Shown in pieces: positions 14,002 to 23,819 of a stretch of 64,000 nt of DNA; within the stretch, counting starts at the first letter, position 1; each line of letters opens with the position of its first letter. The DNA is from a virus (lineage: Duplodnaviria; Caudoviricetes), in IMG/VR virus record IMGVR_UViG_2974626280_000001, positions 1 through 64,000 of that record; one strand, given 5' to 3'. Made by a program: the position numbers and the translations under genes. The notes under the pieces are model-generated. The model worked only from the letters and a program-made list of their open reading frames with translations. It ran no database searches and was not told where the DNA came from.

Positions 14002-16410
14002 ATGGCGATAAACATGAAAAGACTCATCGGTTGGCCGTGGAATAAAGCCAAAGCAGAAGCAGCCAAAGATGCTGCGAAACCCATAAAAGACCCGCTTGAA
14101 GCAGACACCAGGCTAGACATCGTCAAGCGCGGCGCTGATCAAGGCTGGGAATACACTGAGAAGCCTGTTCCAATCTTCAAAAGCATTGACGACTTTCCTA
14201 CTCTTAAATCCCTTATCAACACCGAAGACGAATTAACGTTCAAAGGTAAAGCGCTGGACGCCGCGACAATATCGCGTTCGGTAGTCGATAATGGCTTTAA
14301 GTCAATGTCATCTGACGGCGCGTTCAACAACTACACCGTGCCGGACCAGCTCCAGAACTGGTACATGAGCCAATCTTTCATTGGCTATCAGGCCTGCTCA
14401 ATCATCGCGCAGCACTGGCTGGTAATGAAAGCTTGTTCCATGGTCGGAAAAGATGCCGTGCGTAAGGGCTGGGAAGTGAAATCCTCATCAGACGTCGAAC
14501 TAACCGCAGAAGAAGCGGAGCGAATTAAATCACGTGATGAAGAGATGAAGATTCCTGAGAACCTGACAGAAAGCGTCACCTTCAAAAACATCTTCGGTAT
14601 TCGCGTGCTGCTTTTTGTGGTAGAAAGCGCTGACCCTGAGTATTATGAAAAGCCGTTCAACATTGACGGGGTAACTAAAGGCTCTTATAAGGGTATGTCT
14701 CAGATTGACCCTTACTGGTGCATGCCGCTGGCTTCTAATAATATGACGGCCAACCCTGCATCGATGCATTTTTATGAGCCTGAATTCTGGGTGATCAGCG
14801 GCAAGAAATACCACCGCAGCCACCTGATTGTGCTGCGCAACGATTTCACGTCGGATATTCTGAAGCCAACTTACCTCTTCGGCGGCATCCCCTTAACCCA
14901 ACAGATTTATGAGCGCGTGTATGCCGCAGAGCGCACCGCGAACGAAGCGCCGTTGCTGGCTATGTCCAAGCGAACCACTACGCTGCGAACCGACGTGGAA
15001 AAGGCTATTGTGAATGAAGCCAACTTCGCCAAGCGCCTGATGATGTGGATAAAGTACCGCGACAACCACGGCGTGAAAGTGGTCGGCAAGGAAGAGGCTG
15101 TTGAGCAATTCGACACCAACCTGTCAGACTTTGACAGCGTGATCATGAACCAGTATCAGCTGGTTGCCGCAATTGCTAAGGTGCCGTCGACAAAGCTGTT
15201 GGGGACATCGCCTAAAGGCTTCAACGCCACGGGCGAATTCGAGATGGTATCGTATCACGAAGAGCTGGAGACGTGCCAGAAACACGACCTGACACCAATC
15301 CTGCGCCGTCACTACCTGCTGCTGACGAAGTCTGAAGGTATCTCCGTTAAAATCAAGGTCATCTGGGAGCCAGTAGGAAGTCTGACGGCGAAGCAGCAAG
15401 CGGAGATTAACCAGAACAAGGCAAATACTGGTAAGGCTCTTATCGACGGCGGCGTAATCTCTCCTGATGAAGAGCGTCAACGCCTGAAAGACGACCGCAA
15501 CAGCGGGTACAACCGTCTGGGCGAAGAAGAAGCCGAAACGCAACCAGGCCTCAGCCCTGAAAATATCGCTCTCATGGGTAAATCTGCTGGTGAGATGATT
15601 CAAGGTAAGGCGGATATCGAGCAAGCGAAAGCTGACATTCTTAAACAGTCTGGCGCATTCTACAAGAACACTGGTGAACTGCCAGAGGGCGGTGAGCGCG
15701 GCGAACTTGCTGAGAACCAGGCAGGAAACAACGCCATTGAGCCAAACCCTGAATATCTGGGCGACACGCCGCAGGGCGCGACCACGAAGGCAAGCGCGTT
15801 TGAAACGAAGAGTAGCAACAACGAAGTTGAAGAATTAGTGCGTGAGCTTGACCGCTTACACGACTACTATATCCCTGAAGGGAAAGACGTCAAAGAATTT
15901 GACCCTTACCAGAAGAAGCGCGGCACGCAGCCAAGCGTAACCCCTTCAACTAAAGCTTCAACTTTCGGAATGCACCACACCGTTGCGAGGATGGACGCAG
16001 CAGATATGCCGAAGATGAAAATTAACGGTCACATCTGCCTGATTGAAAATCCACGAACCTCTATCAGGAAAGGCAACAGCCTTGACGGAGCGTGGGAGCG
16101 CACAATGCCGCACCATTACGGATTCATTCGCGGCACCAAAGGCGCTGACGGTGACGATGTTGACTGCTTCATCGGTCCGAATCCTAAGTCAGGGAAGGTG
16201 TTTATCATTAACCAGAACGACAACCACTCTGGCGAATTTGATGAACACAAGGTCATGCTCGGATTCGACTCCGCAGAAGAGGCTGAGAAGGGTTATCGCG
16301 CATCCTTTGATGCTAAATGGCAGGGCTTTGACTCAATCCATGAAGTGACACTGGATGAGTTCAACACCTGGGTCAAAGGCGATTGCAACACCCCTTACGG
16401 TAAGGTGTGA
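14002..16410 (+). CDS. Portal protein (DUF1073-type) with C-terminal inorganic-pyrophosphatase-like domain
   Basis: 802 aa. Portal motifs (IDPYW, HRSHLI, AAIAKVPSTKLLGTSPKGFNATGE); C-terminal YGFIRGTKGADGDDVDCFIG...FDEHKVMLGF. Confidence 0.85.
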   Translation: MAINMKRLIGWPWNKAKAEAAKDAAKPIKDPLEADTRLDIVKRGADQGWEYTEKPVPIFKSIDDFPTLKSLINTEDELTFKGKALDAATISRSVVDNGFKSMSSDGAFNNYTVPDQLQNWYMSQSFIGYQACSIIAQHWLVMKACSMVGKDAVRKGWEVKSSSDVELTAEEAERIKSRDEEMKIPENLTESVTFKNIFGIRVLLFVVESADPEYYEKPFNIDGVTKGSYKGMSQIDPYWCMPLASNNMTANPASMHFYEPEFWVISGKKYHRSHLIVLRNDFTSDILKPTYLFGGIPLTQQIYERVYAAERTANEAPLLAMSKRTTTLRTDVEKAIVNEANFAKRLMMWIKYRDNHGVKVVGKEEAVEQFDTNLSDFDSVIMNQYQLVAAIAKVPSTKLLGTSPKGFNATGEFEMVSYHEELETCQKHDLTPILRRHYLLLTKSEGISVKIKVIWEPVGSLTAKQQAEINQNKANTGKALIDGGVISPDEERQRLKDDRNSGYNRLGEEEAETQPGLSPENIALMGKSAGEMIQGKADIEQAKADILKQSGAFYKNTGELPEGGERGELAENQAGNNAIEPNPEYLGDTPQGATTKASAFETKSSNNEVEELVRELDRLHDYYIPEGKDVKEFDPYQKKRGTQPSVTPSTKASTFGMHHTVARMDAADMPKMKINGHICLIENPRTSIRKGNSLDGAWERTMPHHYGFIRGTKGADGDDVDCFIGPNPKSGKVFIINQNDNHSGEFDEHKVMLGFDSAEEAEKGYRASFDAKWQGFDSIHEVTLDEFNTWVKGDCNTPYGKV

Positions 16411-16411
16411 T

Positions 16412-17263
16412 ATGGCGTTTAAGGCATCCAAGAAGAGGGAGCGCAGGGAACCTGAAAAGGTGGGCTTAGGCTCACCTATAACACCATCCTACGCGCTGTC
16501 CCTCTGGTATCGAAAAGAGCTAAATGCTGTCATAGCCGAAATGGTTAATGATTATCAGTTTAACATTGATCAAGCATTCGTTCACCCTGAAGTCAGAAAG
16601 TATTTTGCCATGGACAGCGCGGCATCTTTCCTGACGGGCCTGCTTAATCGACTCAAAAAGAAGTGGGCCAACCAATTCAACCGCGTTGCCGCTGACTTGT
16701 CGAAGCGCTTCGTTGAGCGCATCGATGAGCAAGCGACGATTGCGACCTTCTCAAGCCTTAAGGTTGCCGGAATGGAAGCGCCAAAGGCTAAGTATACTGA
16801 AGCAGTAAAAAACACGATTCAAGGATTCGAAGAGTGGAATAAGACATTGATAACCAACGTGGGCGCGCAGGTACACGAAAAGGTTTTCAACGCAGTGATG
16901 CTGTCTCTTACCTCGGCAGACCCTGAAGAGCAAGGCATGCCGGGAATCCAAAAGGCTCTCAGAGAGGTTGGAATAAAAGAAAAAAGGCGCGTCAAATTCA
17001 TCGCTCAAGACCAGGTTTCAAAAATATACGGTGCTCTTGCTGACCAGCGTATGGAGGACAACGGGGTCGAAGAGTTTGACTGGATTCATTCAGGGGCAGG
17101 AAAACACCCGCGCCAATGCCACGCCCATATGAATGGAATGCGCTTCAAGATTAATGATCCAAGGCTCTGGGAGATTGGAGGCGAATTGGGCCTCACTAAG
17201 CGCGACTTAGGGCCGCCCGGTTGGGCCATAGGTTGCAGGTGCAAGAGACGTCCAGTAATTTAA
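16412..17263 (+). CDS. Head morphogenesis protein (MuF/SPP1 gp7-like)
   Basis: W..SG...PRQCH and PGWAIGCRC motifs; lies directly after the portal gene. Confidence 0.85.
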   Translation: MAFKASKKRERREPEKVGLGSPITPSYALSLWYRKELNAVIAEMVNDYQFNIDQAFVHPEVRKYFAMDSAASFLTGLLNRLKKKWANQFNRVAADLSKRFVERIDEQATIATFSSLKVAGMEAPKAKYTEAVKNTIQGFEEWNKTLITNVGAQVHEKVFNAVMLSLTSADPEEQGMPGIQKALREVGIKEKRRVKFIAQDQVSKIYGALADQRMEDNGVEEFDWIHSGAGKHPRQCHAHMNGMRFKINDPRLWEIGGELGLTKRDLGPPGWAIGCRCKRRPVI

Positions 17264-17272
17264 GGCAGCCTT

Positions 17273-17413
17273 ATGAAAGAATACATCAAATGTGGTCTTC
17301 TGATTACACTCGCCGCCGTAACATTTGCTTCTTACGGTGTTAGCGGGCATAATAAGGATTCCAATGCAACTGACGGAACATTCATAGTTAAGAATATTCC
17401 TAGCAAAGGGTGA
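17273..17413 (+). CDS. Small exported/membrane protein (46 aa, absent from ORF track)
   Basis: Manual translation MKEYIKCGLLITLAAVTFASYGVSGHNKDSNATDGTFIVKNIPSKG. Confidence 0.5.
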   Translation: MKEYIKCGLLITLAAVTFASYGVSGHNKDSNATDGTFIVKNIPSKG

Positions 17414-17417
17414 CATT

Positions 17418-17570
17418 ATGCAGAAATTCACGACCGCAATTAAGCCTTTGAATGAGGGTTGGGTGTCAGAGGAATTTAAGACTAACCCTCTTCTCACTTG
17501 GCGATGGGCAATATTTGACATCACAATGGTTACTCTGATAGTAATCGGCGTGATACTCAAAGCCCTATAA
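17418..17570 (+). CDS. Small C-tail membrane protein (50 aa, absent from ORF track)
   Basis: Manual translation ends WAIFDITMVTLIVIGVILKAL. Confidence 0.5.
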   Translation: MQKFTTAIKPLNEGWVSEEFKTNPLLTWRWAIFDITMVTLIVIGVILKAL

Positions 17571-17670
17571 ATTTGCAAGTCTGGCGGCAATGGACTGCCG
17601 CGAAATGTTAATTAAATGTAGCTATTTGTGTAATTACACGATACAATCACCTAAAATATCCTGCCGCGCG

Positions 17671-17965
17671 ACACAGGTTATTTTTTGGTTATTCGAATAA
17701 TCCTTTCAAATCATAGGAATAACCGGAATAACCAAAATAACCAAGTTTTTCCGAAACTCTTAAGGTAAGCCGAAAAAAATAATAAATTGACTACAAAAAA
17801 ATAGAGTTATTTTATTATTTTTTTAGACTATCCCCGTATATCTCAAATTTTATGGTTACGGAAGTTATTTGGATATTTTACACTAATAGTTGCGGCAACT
17901 CAGCCACTTACAGAATATCCGAAAAAATAACTTAGGATATTTTTTCTAGTACACAGGTTATTCTC
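17671..17965. repeat. AT-rich non-coding locus with iteron-like boxes
   Basis: GGTTATT at 17676 and 17687; AATAACC x3 at 17718, 17727 and 17736 (9-bp period); ACACAGGTTATT direct repeat at 17671 and 17951. Confidence 0.8.
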
Positions 17966-18023
17966 AGAATTAACACCAGCCAATAAATTTTTCGCGGCGG
18001 ATAAATTATCCTTAAACATTTTG

Positions 18024-18052
18024 TTGCTTACTGATTTAGCTGAATATATAAT
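18024..18052 (+). promoter_or_regulatory. Promoter for capsid operon
   Basis: TTGCTT-N17-TATAAT. Confidence 0.75.
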
Positions 18053-18085
18053 ACCACCTAACACGAAAACACACGGTGACTGAAT

Positions 18086-19489
18086 ATGCAGGGCACAAGC
18101 CGCGAAATCGACAAAAACGGTTTCATGACAATCAAGGGTTGTCCGCTCTCATCATTTGGGATTTTTGAATATTCAGCAGGTCAGGTCGGATTACCCGGCG
18201 ACCCACACCGCATCGTTAACGTTTACCGCCCAGAATCAGAAGTGAACAATGTTGATGCTATCAACTCGTTCCGCAACGTTCCTTTCATTGATGACCATGA
18301 GATGCTTTCCGGCTTCGAAGGTGATGAAGAGAACTCAGCGCCAGAAGATTACGGTGTCGATGGCGTACTCACTTCTGAAGTCTATTACGCAAAACCGTGG
18401 ATGCGCGGCGACCTGAAGGTATTTGCCCGCAAGCTGCGTCGCGCGATAGATTCTGGCAAGGTCGATTTGTCTCTGGGTTATGATTGCGAGTTTGTTGTTC
18501 AGTCAGGAACCTTCGACGGCAAGCCGTATGAGGTGATTCAACAGCGACTTCGCGGCAATCACATTGCACTGGTTGACATAGGTCGTGTCCCCGGTGCACG
18601 TGTTCTGGATGGTCGGTGCTTTGACCATCTTAGTCTTTCTGTACTACCATCCAACGAGGATAACCCCATGCCACAAAAAGGTATCACCAAGCCTATTCTG
18701 GGCAAAGGGATGGATAAAGCCGCTAAAGATAATGCGATTGAGCAGCTGAAGGCTCTGATTCCCGCATTAGAGCAGGCGCTTTCAGAAGAAGGTGGTGAAC
18801 CTGCTTCTGAGCAACCGTCTGAGCAGCCATCCGTCTCAGTTGAGCAGACGCCAGAAGGTTCTGGCGAAGGCGAAACTAAGGTTGAAGTTGAGCCGGGTTC
18901 TGAAGTTTCAGAACATAACGACGAGCCGCCAACTAATGAAGGCGAACAGCCTTCAGGTGAAGGCGAACTCTCAGGCCTGATCAGCCGTGTCAAAGCTGTC
19001 CTTGAGAAACTTGAATCAGGAGCCGCGACCGATGAATCAGAAGTTAAACCTGGTGAAGCTGAAGACCGCACTGAAGGTCTGGTGGACATCTCAGCACCAG
19101 CCGGTTCAGACCTCAAGGTTGACGACAAACCGACGGAAGTCGAAAAGGCGTCGCCAGGCCCATCAGCAGGAACTCACAAAATGGCAAACGATTCGGCGGT
19201 TCGCGCTATCCGCGCTGATATTGCTCGTGCGGATAACCTCTACAAGCGCGTGTCTAAAGTTACTGGTGCCTTTGATCATGCAGCTATGTCAGCATCTGAT
19301 GTAGCCCGCTATGGTGTTCAGAAGCTGAAAATTAAGTGCCAAGATGGCGCTGAGTTTGATGCTTTGGATGCATATCTGAACGGTCTGGATGCTGCTGCCC
19401 GTCAGCAGACCGTGACCACGTCTAAACGCGCAGCGGACTCAGCGGCAGAATCAGCTGAATTCGACGCATGGTTGAAGGGTACTAAATAA
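18086..19489 (+). CDS. Prohead protease/scaffold (DUF2213-type)
   Basis: LSLGYDC and RGNHIALVDIGR motifs; acidic low-complexity C-terminal half. Confidence 0.85.
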   Translation: MQGTSREIDKNGFMTIKGCPLSSFGIFEYSAGQVGLPGDPHRIVNVYRPESEVNNVDAINSFRNVPFIDDHEMLSGFEGDEENSAPEDYGVDGVLTSEVYYAKPWMRGDLKVFARKLRRAIDSGKVDLSLGYDCEFVVQSGTFDGKPYEVIQQRLRGNHIALVDIGRVPGARVLDGRCFDHLSLSVLPSNEDNPMPQKGITKPILGKGMDKAAKDNAIEQLKALIPALEQALSEEGGEPASEQPSEQPSVSVEQTPEGSGEGETKVEVEPGSEVSEHNDEPPTNEGEQPSGEGELSGLISRVKAVLEKLESGAATDESEVKPGEAEDRTEGLVDISAPAGSDLKVDDKPTEVEKASPGPSAGTHKMANDSAVRAIRADIARADNLYKRVSKVTGAFDHAAMSASDVARYGVQKLKIKCQDGAEFDALDAYLNGLDAAARQQTVTTSKRAADSAAESAEFDAWLKGTK

Positions 19490-20112
19490 TGTTCCAGCAA
19501 AAGGTCAATCGCAATTACCCTACTGGCTTCCCCGGTGACATCGTCCGCGATGGCCCGAAGCGTGCGAAGCCAGGTCGAATCGGCAGCGCCAATGACGTTG
19601 CGAACGGTAACACTAACCGCATCAGCCGTGTGTTCGGTTATGCGTCTGATCAGTCTTACTCCGGCCAGAACGGTCAGGTTAAAACCCTGGGCGCGTTCAA
19701 CACCGAAGTGACGCTGGGTGGCGCTAACTTCTACGGCGTGCTGGGTCATCCTAAGCACTATGTACTGTACGGTGGTCAGGACGGCGCTCTGTCCGCGACC
19801 TACGACCTGCCGCAGTACTTTGAAGGCGAATTCTTCGACATGGTTACTGGCCTTGTTGCAGAAATCTTCAACTTTGGCACAACTGCTCAGTCAATCCAAT
19901 ACGGTGCGCAGCTGTACTACGTACCAGTTGGTCTGGCGGCAAACCCTAACAAAATTCCGTTAGGTGCGCTGGTTGCAGTCAATCCGGGCGATACTGCGCC
20001 GGAAGGTCTGTTGCCAATTCCGAACTCCATGGTGACCAACCCTGTTGACCTCGCTGCTTCAAGCGCGACCGCAGCGGTGAACACCTGGACCATCATTCAG
20101 CTGACTCAGTAA
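19489..20112 (+). CDS. Capsid decoration/cement protein
   Basis: 207 aa; YPTGFPGDI N-terminus; lies between protease and MCP. Confidence 0.7.
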   Translation: MFQQKVNRNYPTGFPGDIVRDGPKRAKPGRIGSANDVANGNTNRISRVFGYASDQSYSGQNGQVKTLGAFNTEVTLGGANFYGVLGHPKHYVLYGGQDGALSATYDLPQYFEGEFFDMVTGLVAEIFNFGTTAQSIQYGAQLYYVPVGLAANPNKIPLGALVAVNPGDTAPEGLLPIPNSMVTNPVDLAASSATAAVNTWTIIQLTQ

Positions 20113-20122
20113 GAGGTGAGCA

Positions 20123-21280
20123 ATGGTAATGCAATCTAAGGTACATTCTCACCTCTCTGGTAAGAACGTGCGCCCGTTCGAAATGACCGCCGTCACCGAC
20201 GCTGCTGTAAGCCGCCTGCGTGACATTGGTCTGGTATTCGACCGCGCGACGGTTCAGCACCAGATTGGCGAGTTGAACCGTGCTGGCGCATTCGACAGCA
20301 TCAGCGGTCGTGGTATGGACGCGTCTTTCACCGCGCCTGTTACCAACCCGTCGCTGCCGACGCCAATTCAGTTCCTGCAACAGTGGCTTCCGGGCTTCGT
20401 TAAGGTCATGACTGCCGCGCGCAAGATTGACGAGCTGGTCGGTATCACCACCGTGGGCAGCTGGGAAGACCAGGAAATCGTTCAGGGTATGGTTGAGCCT
20501 GCTGGCACTGCAGCGGAGTACGGTGATTTCACCAATATCCCTCTGACCAGCTGGAACACCAACTTTGACCGCCGTACCATCGTGCGCGGCGAGCTGGGTA
20601 TTCTGGTCGGTATGCTGGAAGAAGCTCGCAGCTCTGCGATGCGTCTGAACAGCGCCGAAACTAAACGCCAGCAGTCTGCTGTCGGTCTGGAAGTGATGCG
20701 TAACGCCATTGGCTTCTTCGGCTGGTACAACGGCAAAAACCGCACCTTTGGTTTCCTGAATGACCCGAACCTGCCTGCGGCGTTGACTTCAACGACCACC
20801 AACGGCTGGCGCAACGGTACATTCCAGCAGATCATCAATGATGTCCGTATCATGGTGCAGGAGCTGCGCGTCAATTCGCAGGACCAAATCAACCCGCAAG
20901 ACCTCGACCTGGTGCTGGCTCTGCCGACCAACGTTGTGGACTTCCTTTCCATTACCACTGACTTTGGTATCAGCGTCCGTGGCTGGATTGAGCAGACTTA
21001 CCCGAACCTGCGTATCGTTTCAGCTCCAGAGCTGATGGGCGCAATCGAAGGTGAAGACGGCGAGTATGAAAACGTTGCTTACCTGTACGCAGAAAGCATT
21101 GATAACTCCATCGACGGTTCTTCTGACGGTGGCGAAGTCTTCATGCAGATGGTGCAGACTAAGTTCATGACGCTGGGCGTTGAAAAACGCGCCAAATCCT
21201 ACGTCGAAGACTACGCAAACGCCACAGCAGGTGTCCTGCTTAAGCGTCCGTGGGCCGTCGTTCGTATGATTGGTATCTAA
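20123..21280 (+). CDS. Major capsid protein (DUF2184-type)
   Basis: 385 aa; GFLNDPNL and [10 protein letters not shown] motifs; followed by a terminator. Confidence 0.88.
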   Translation: MVMQSKVHSHLSGKNVRPFEMTAVTDAAVSRLRDIGLVFDRATVQHQIGELNRAGAFDSISGRGMDASFTAPVTNPSLPTPIQFLQQWLPGFVKVMTAARKIDELVGITTVGSWEDQEIVQGMVEPAGTAAEYGDFTNIPLTSWNTNFDRRTIVRGELGILVGMLEEARSSAMRLNSAETKRQQSAVGLEVMRNAIGFFGWYNGKNRTFGFLNDPNLPAALTSTTTNGWRNGTFQQIINDVRIMVQELRVNSQDQINPQDLDLVLALPTNVVDFLSITTDFGISVRGWIEQTYPNLRIVSAPELMGAIEGEDGEYENVAYLYAESIDNSIDGSSDGGEVFMQMVQTKFMTLGVEKRAKSYVEDYANATAGVLLKRPWAVVRMIGI

Positions 21281-21298
21281 CAGCCAATTGAACACAAG

Positions 21299-21325
21299 GA
21301 ATGGGCCATAAGGCCCATTCTTATT
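21299..21325 (+). terminator. Intrinsic terminator after MCP
   Basis: GAATGGGCC-ATAA-GGCCCATTC-TTATT. Confidence 0.75.
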
Positions 21326-21387
21326 ACCAACCGATGGTATTGGGCTTCAGGGGCTGAAATACCACGTAAATTACTAGGACTGAACAT

Positions 21388-21885
21388 ATGTCAAGCGTAT
21401 ACGTATTATCCAAAATGTCAATGCCCGTTGCTTATTGCGTTTATGAGCAGCGCGACCGTAATTCTGGCGCGGTGCCGACAGCCCGTAATCCGGTTGTAGG
21501 TGACGTGCCTCTCCTGCGCAGAAAAATCTTTATCCACGGCGGCGCTGGTATCCCATCAACCCGCTCTGGATTTGGTGAGCGCATTCATGATCAGAACGGC
21601 CAGCCTCTTTGGGTTGCAGACGGCGTTGTGACTGCCATCTCAGAATCCGATTGGGAAATTTTGAAAGAGCACGAACTCTTCAAAAAGCACATGGAGCGCG
21701 GCCAGGTTAAAGTGATCAATCAGGACATTCGCGACAACCATCGCAAGGTGGCTAAAGAGGCCGCAGGCCTGACCAATGACCCGTTTGCTATGATGACGCC
21801 GGAACGTATGACGAAGCGTTACGCGCAGACCAAAAACATCACCGCATCAACTGGGTCAGTTGAAGAAAGCGAAAAACGAAACTAA
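21388..21885 (+). CDS. Virion/assembly hypothetical protein
   Basis: 165 aa in the structural operon. Confidence 0.7.
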   Translation: MSSVYVLSKMSMPVAYCVYEQRDRNSGAVPTARNPVVGDVPLLRRKIFIHGGAGIPSTRSGFGERIHDQNGQPLWVADGVVTAISESDWEILKEHELFKKHMERGQVKVINQDIRDNHRKVAKEAAGLTNDPFAMMTPERMTKRYAQTKNITASTGSVEESEKRN

Positions 21886-21896
21886 TGGAGTGAGCC

Positions 21897-22373
21897 ATGT
21901 CCCAGAACTATCCAGAATTCGACATACCGCAGTTTCGTTTGAGATTCCCGGAATTCTCTGATACTACGGTATACAGCGACATAAAGCTGGAAGCCTTCTG
22001 GGACATGTCCAGCGTATTTATCAGCTTGGATGGTAGTCCATGTAGGGTTTTGACTGGTAAACAGTTAGCGCTGGCATTACAATTGATGACAGCGCATCTT
22101 TTATCTCTGGCTGTTCAGGCTGCATCCGACTCCGCTACTGGTTCAGCGGGCACCGGAGAGTCTGGCGGCTTTGTTGTATCGGCCTCAGTAGGCGACATTA
22201 GCGTTACAAAGTTAGCGCCGCCTGCGACCGATGGGTGGCAGTTCTGGCTCAACGGCTCACCGTATGGCACGGAGCTGTGGGCATTACTGGGCCTGTTAGC
22301 GGTAGGCGGCTTGTCTTACGGCGGCCTGCCTGAGCGTGAGGGCTTCCGTAAAATTGGCGGGGTGTTCTGGTGA
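21897..22373 (+). CDS. Head-tail adaptor (DUF4054-type)
   Basis: FRLRFPEFSD...LQLMTAHLL...SASVGDIS...SPYG motifs. Confidence 0.8.
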   Translation: MSQNYPEFDIPQFRLRFPEFSDTTVYSDIKLEAFWDMSSVFISLDGSPCRVLTGKQLALALQLMTAHLLSLAVQAASDSATGSAGTGESGGFVVSASVGDISVTKLAPPATDGWQFWLNGSPYGTELWALLGLLAVGGLSYGGLPEREGFRKIGGVFW

Positions 22374-22783
22374 TTGTTCCCGGTGCTAATCTTTTCCGTC
22401 TTGCTACCCGGCTGATTAAACCTCAGCCGATTGAGTATTATCGTTTTGCTGGACGTGATACCGACCGCCAGCGAAATCTCGTTGATACTTATTTTCCTGT
22501 CCAAACCATCATGGCGTCAGTTCAGGCCGTTCCTCGTGATTCGTATGCTGAACTTGGTCTGGACTTCCAGAAGAATTACCTCAAGATATATGTCGCCATG
22601 GATGTTATGGACTTGGAGCGTGATGCCTCAGGTGATATGTTTGCTTTTGGAGCACGTAAGCGCTTCTATAAGCTTACCAGTGAAACGCCATGGTTTGATA
22701 TGGATGGTTGGTGCTCCGCTATCGCTGTTCAGGTGCTCCAGTCGTTTCCAATCACCTTTGTTTCAGAGGTTAATGGCTCATGA
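22370..22783 (+). CDS. Head closure/neck protein
   Basis: 137 aa; position plus VQAVP and DMDGW motifs. Confidence 0.65.
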   Translation: MIVPGANLFRLATRLIKPQPIEYYRFAGRDTDRQRNLVDTYFPVQTIMASVQAVPRDSYAELGLDFQKNYLKIYVAMDVMDLERDASGDMFAFGARKRFYKLTSETPWFDMDGWCSAIAVQVLQSFPITFVSEVNGS

Positions 22784-23325
22784 AAGACGTTGACCTGATT
22801 GATGCGATAGCAACCCGCTGCGAGGAAGGTCTTGCGGCTTTAGGCTATAACACCAGAAACTTTCCCCTTTTACAGTCTTATCAGCCGCGCCAGCAAGGTG
22901 TTCCGACTGGTAATTCAGTATATGTTGAAAAGTTGTATTCTCATGTTTACGGCTCACCTTCTCTTGGACTAAAATATGATTCCAATAAAGACGTCTTCAT
23001 TGAGAAAGAAGGTCAGATATATAATACGACTTTTCAAATCAGCGTTTTATTGCCTCAAATACCCGGCAATACTGATATTCCAACTGCTGCCGACGTTGCT
23101 GAACATTTACAGCGCTGGATATCATCACGTGCATCATTAAGAATCTTCCGGTCAAAGGGTCTGTCTATATACAGAATCCTGGACGTAAAAAACCGAAAGT
23201 TTCAGGATGATCAGGAACAGCACGAAGCCTTTCCAAGTTTCGACGTCACCTTCAACCACATCAATAGCCTTGAGAGTGAGATTGGAGCAGTTAAGCGCGT
23301 TGTCGGTCGCATAATCGGGGTGTGA
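22780..23325 (+). CDS. Neck/tail terminator protein
   Basis: 181 aa; position in the neck module. Confidence 0.6.
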   Translation: MKDVDLIDAIATRCEEGLAALGYNTRNFPLLQSYQPRQQGVPTGNSVYVEKLYSHVYGSPSLGLKYDSNKDVFIEKEGQIYNTTFQISVLLPQIPGNTDIPTAADVAEHLQRWISSRASLRIFRSKGLSIYRILDVKNRKFQDDQEQHEAFPSFDVTFNHINSLESEIGAVKRVVGRIIGV

Positions 23326-23326
23326 T

Positions 23327-23809
23327 ATGGCCCGCTCTAAAGAAATCCAAAAGCAAATTGACATGCTCAAGAACCTTCAAAATGCAAAGGTTCAAGCGGG
23401 CTGGTTCGAAACTGATAGATACTCAGATGAAGAGGGCGGCGAATTAGTCGCCGAACGCGCCCGCAAGTTAGAGTATGGATTCACTAGCAAATTCACACTT
23501 CCAAACGGCCAAGAGGTTGACGCTTATACGCCTCCTCGACCATTCATGCGATTCGCTGGCTTACTATTTTCGGCTGACCGCAGGCGGATTGAGAATAACA
23601 TTGCTAAAAAGTTGTTTTCAGGTAAAATAGACGCTGACCAAGCGCTTGCCCAAATCGGGTTAGCGATGGAAGCCAAGATTGTAGATTCAATCAAAGAAGG
23701 TGAATGGATTGGCAACTCATATTTCACCATAAAACAAAAAGGATTTGACAAACCTTTGATTGAAACGGGTCATATGTGGCAGACCGTCAGCAGCAAGGTT
23801 GTTAAATAG
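23327..23809 (+). CDS. Neck/tail completion protein
   Basis: EYG...PPRPFMR and KPLIETGHM motifs. Confidence 0.7.
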   Translation: MARSKEIQKQIDMLKNLQNAKVQAGWFETDRYSDEEGGELVAERARKLEYGFTSKFTLPNGQEVDAYTPPRPFMRFAGLLFSADRRRIENNIAKKLFSGKIDADQALAQIGLAMEAKIVDSIKEGEWIGNSYFTIKQKGFDKPLIETGHMWQTVSSKVVK

Positions 23810-23819
23810 GAGAGAACCA

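Noticed and set aside
17671-17965. DnaA-dependent origin
   Set aside because: No TTATCCACA-type boxes were seen in either AT-rich locus.
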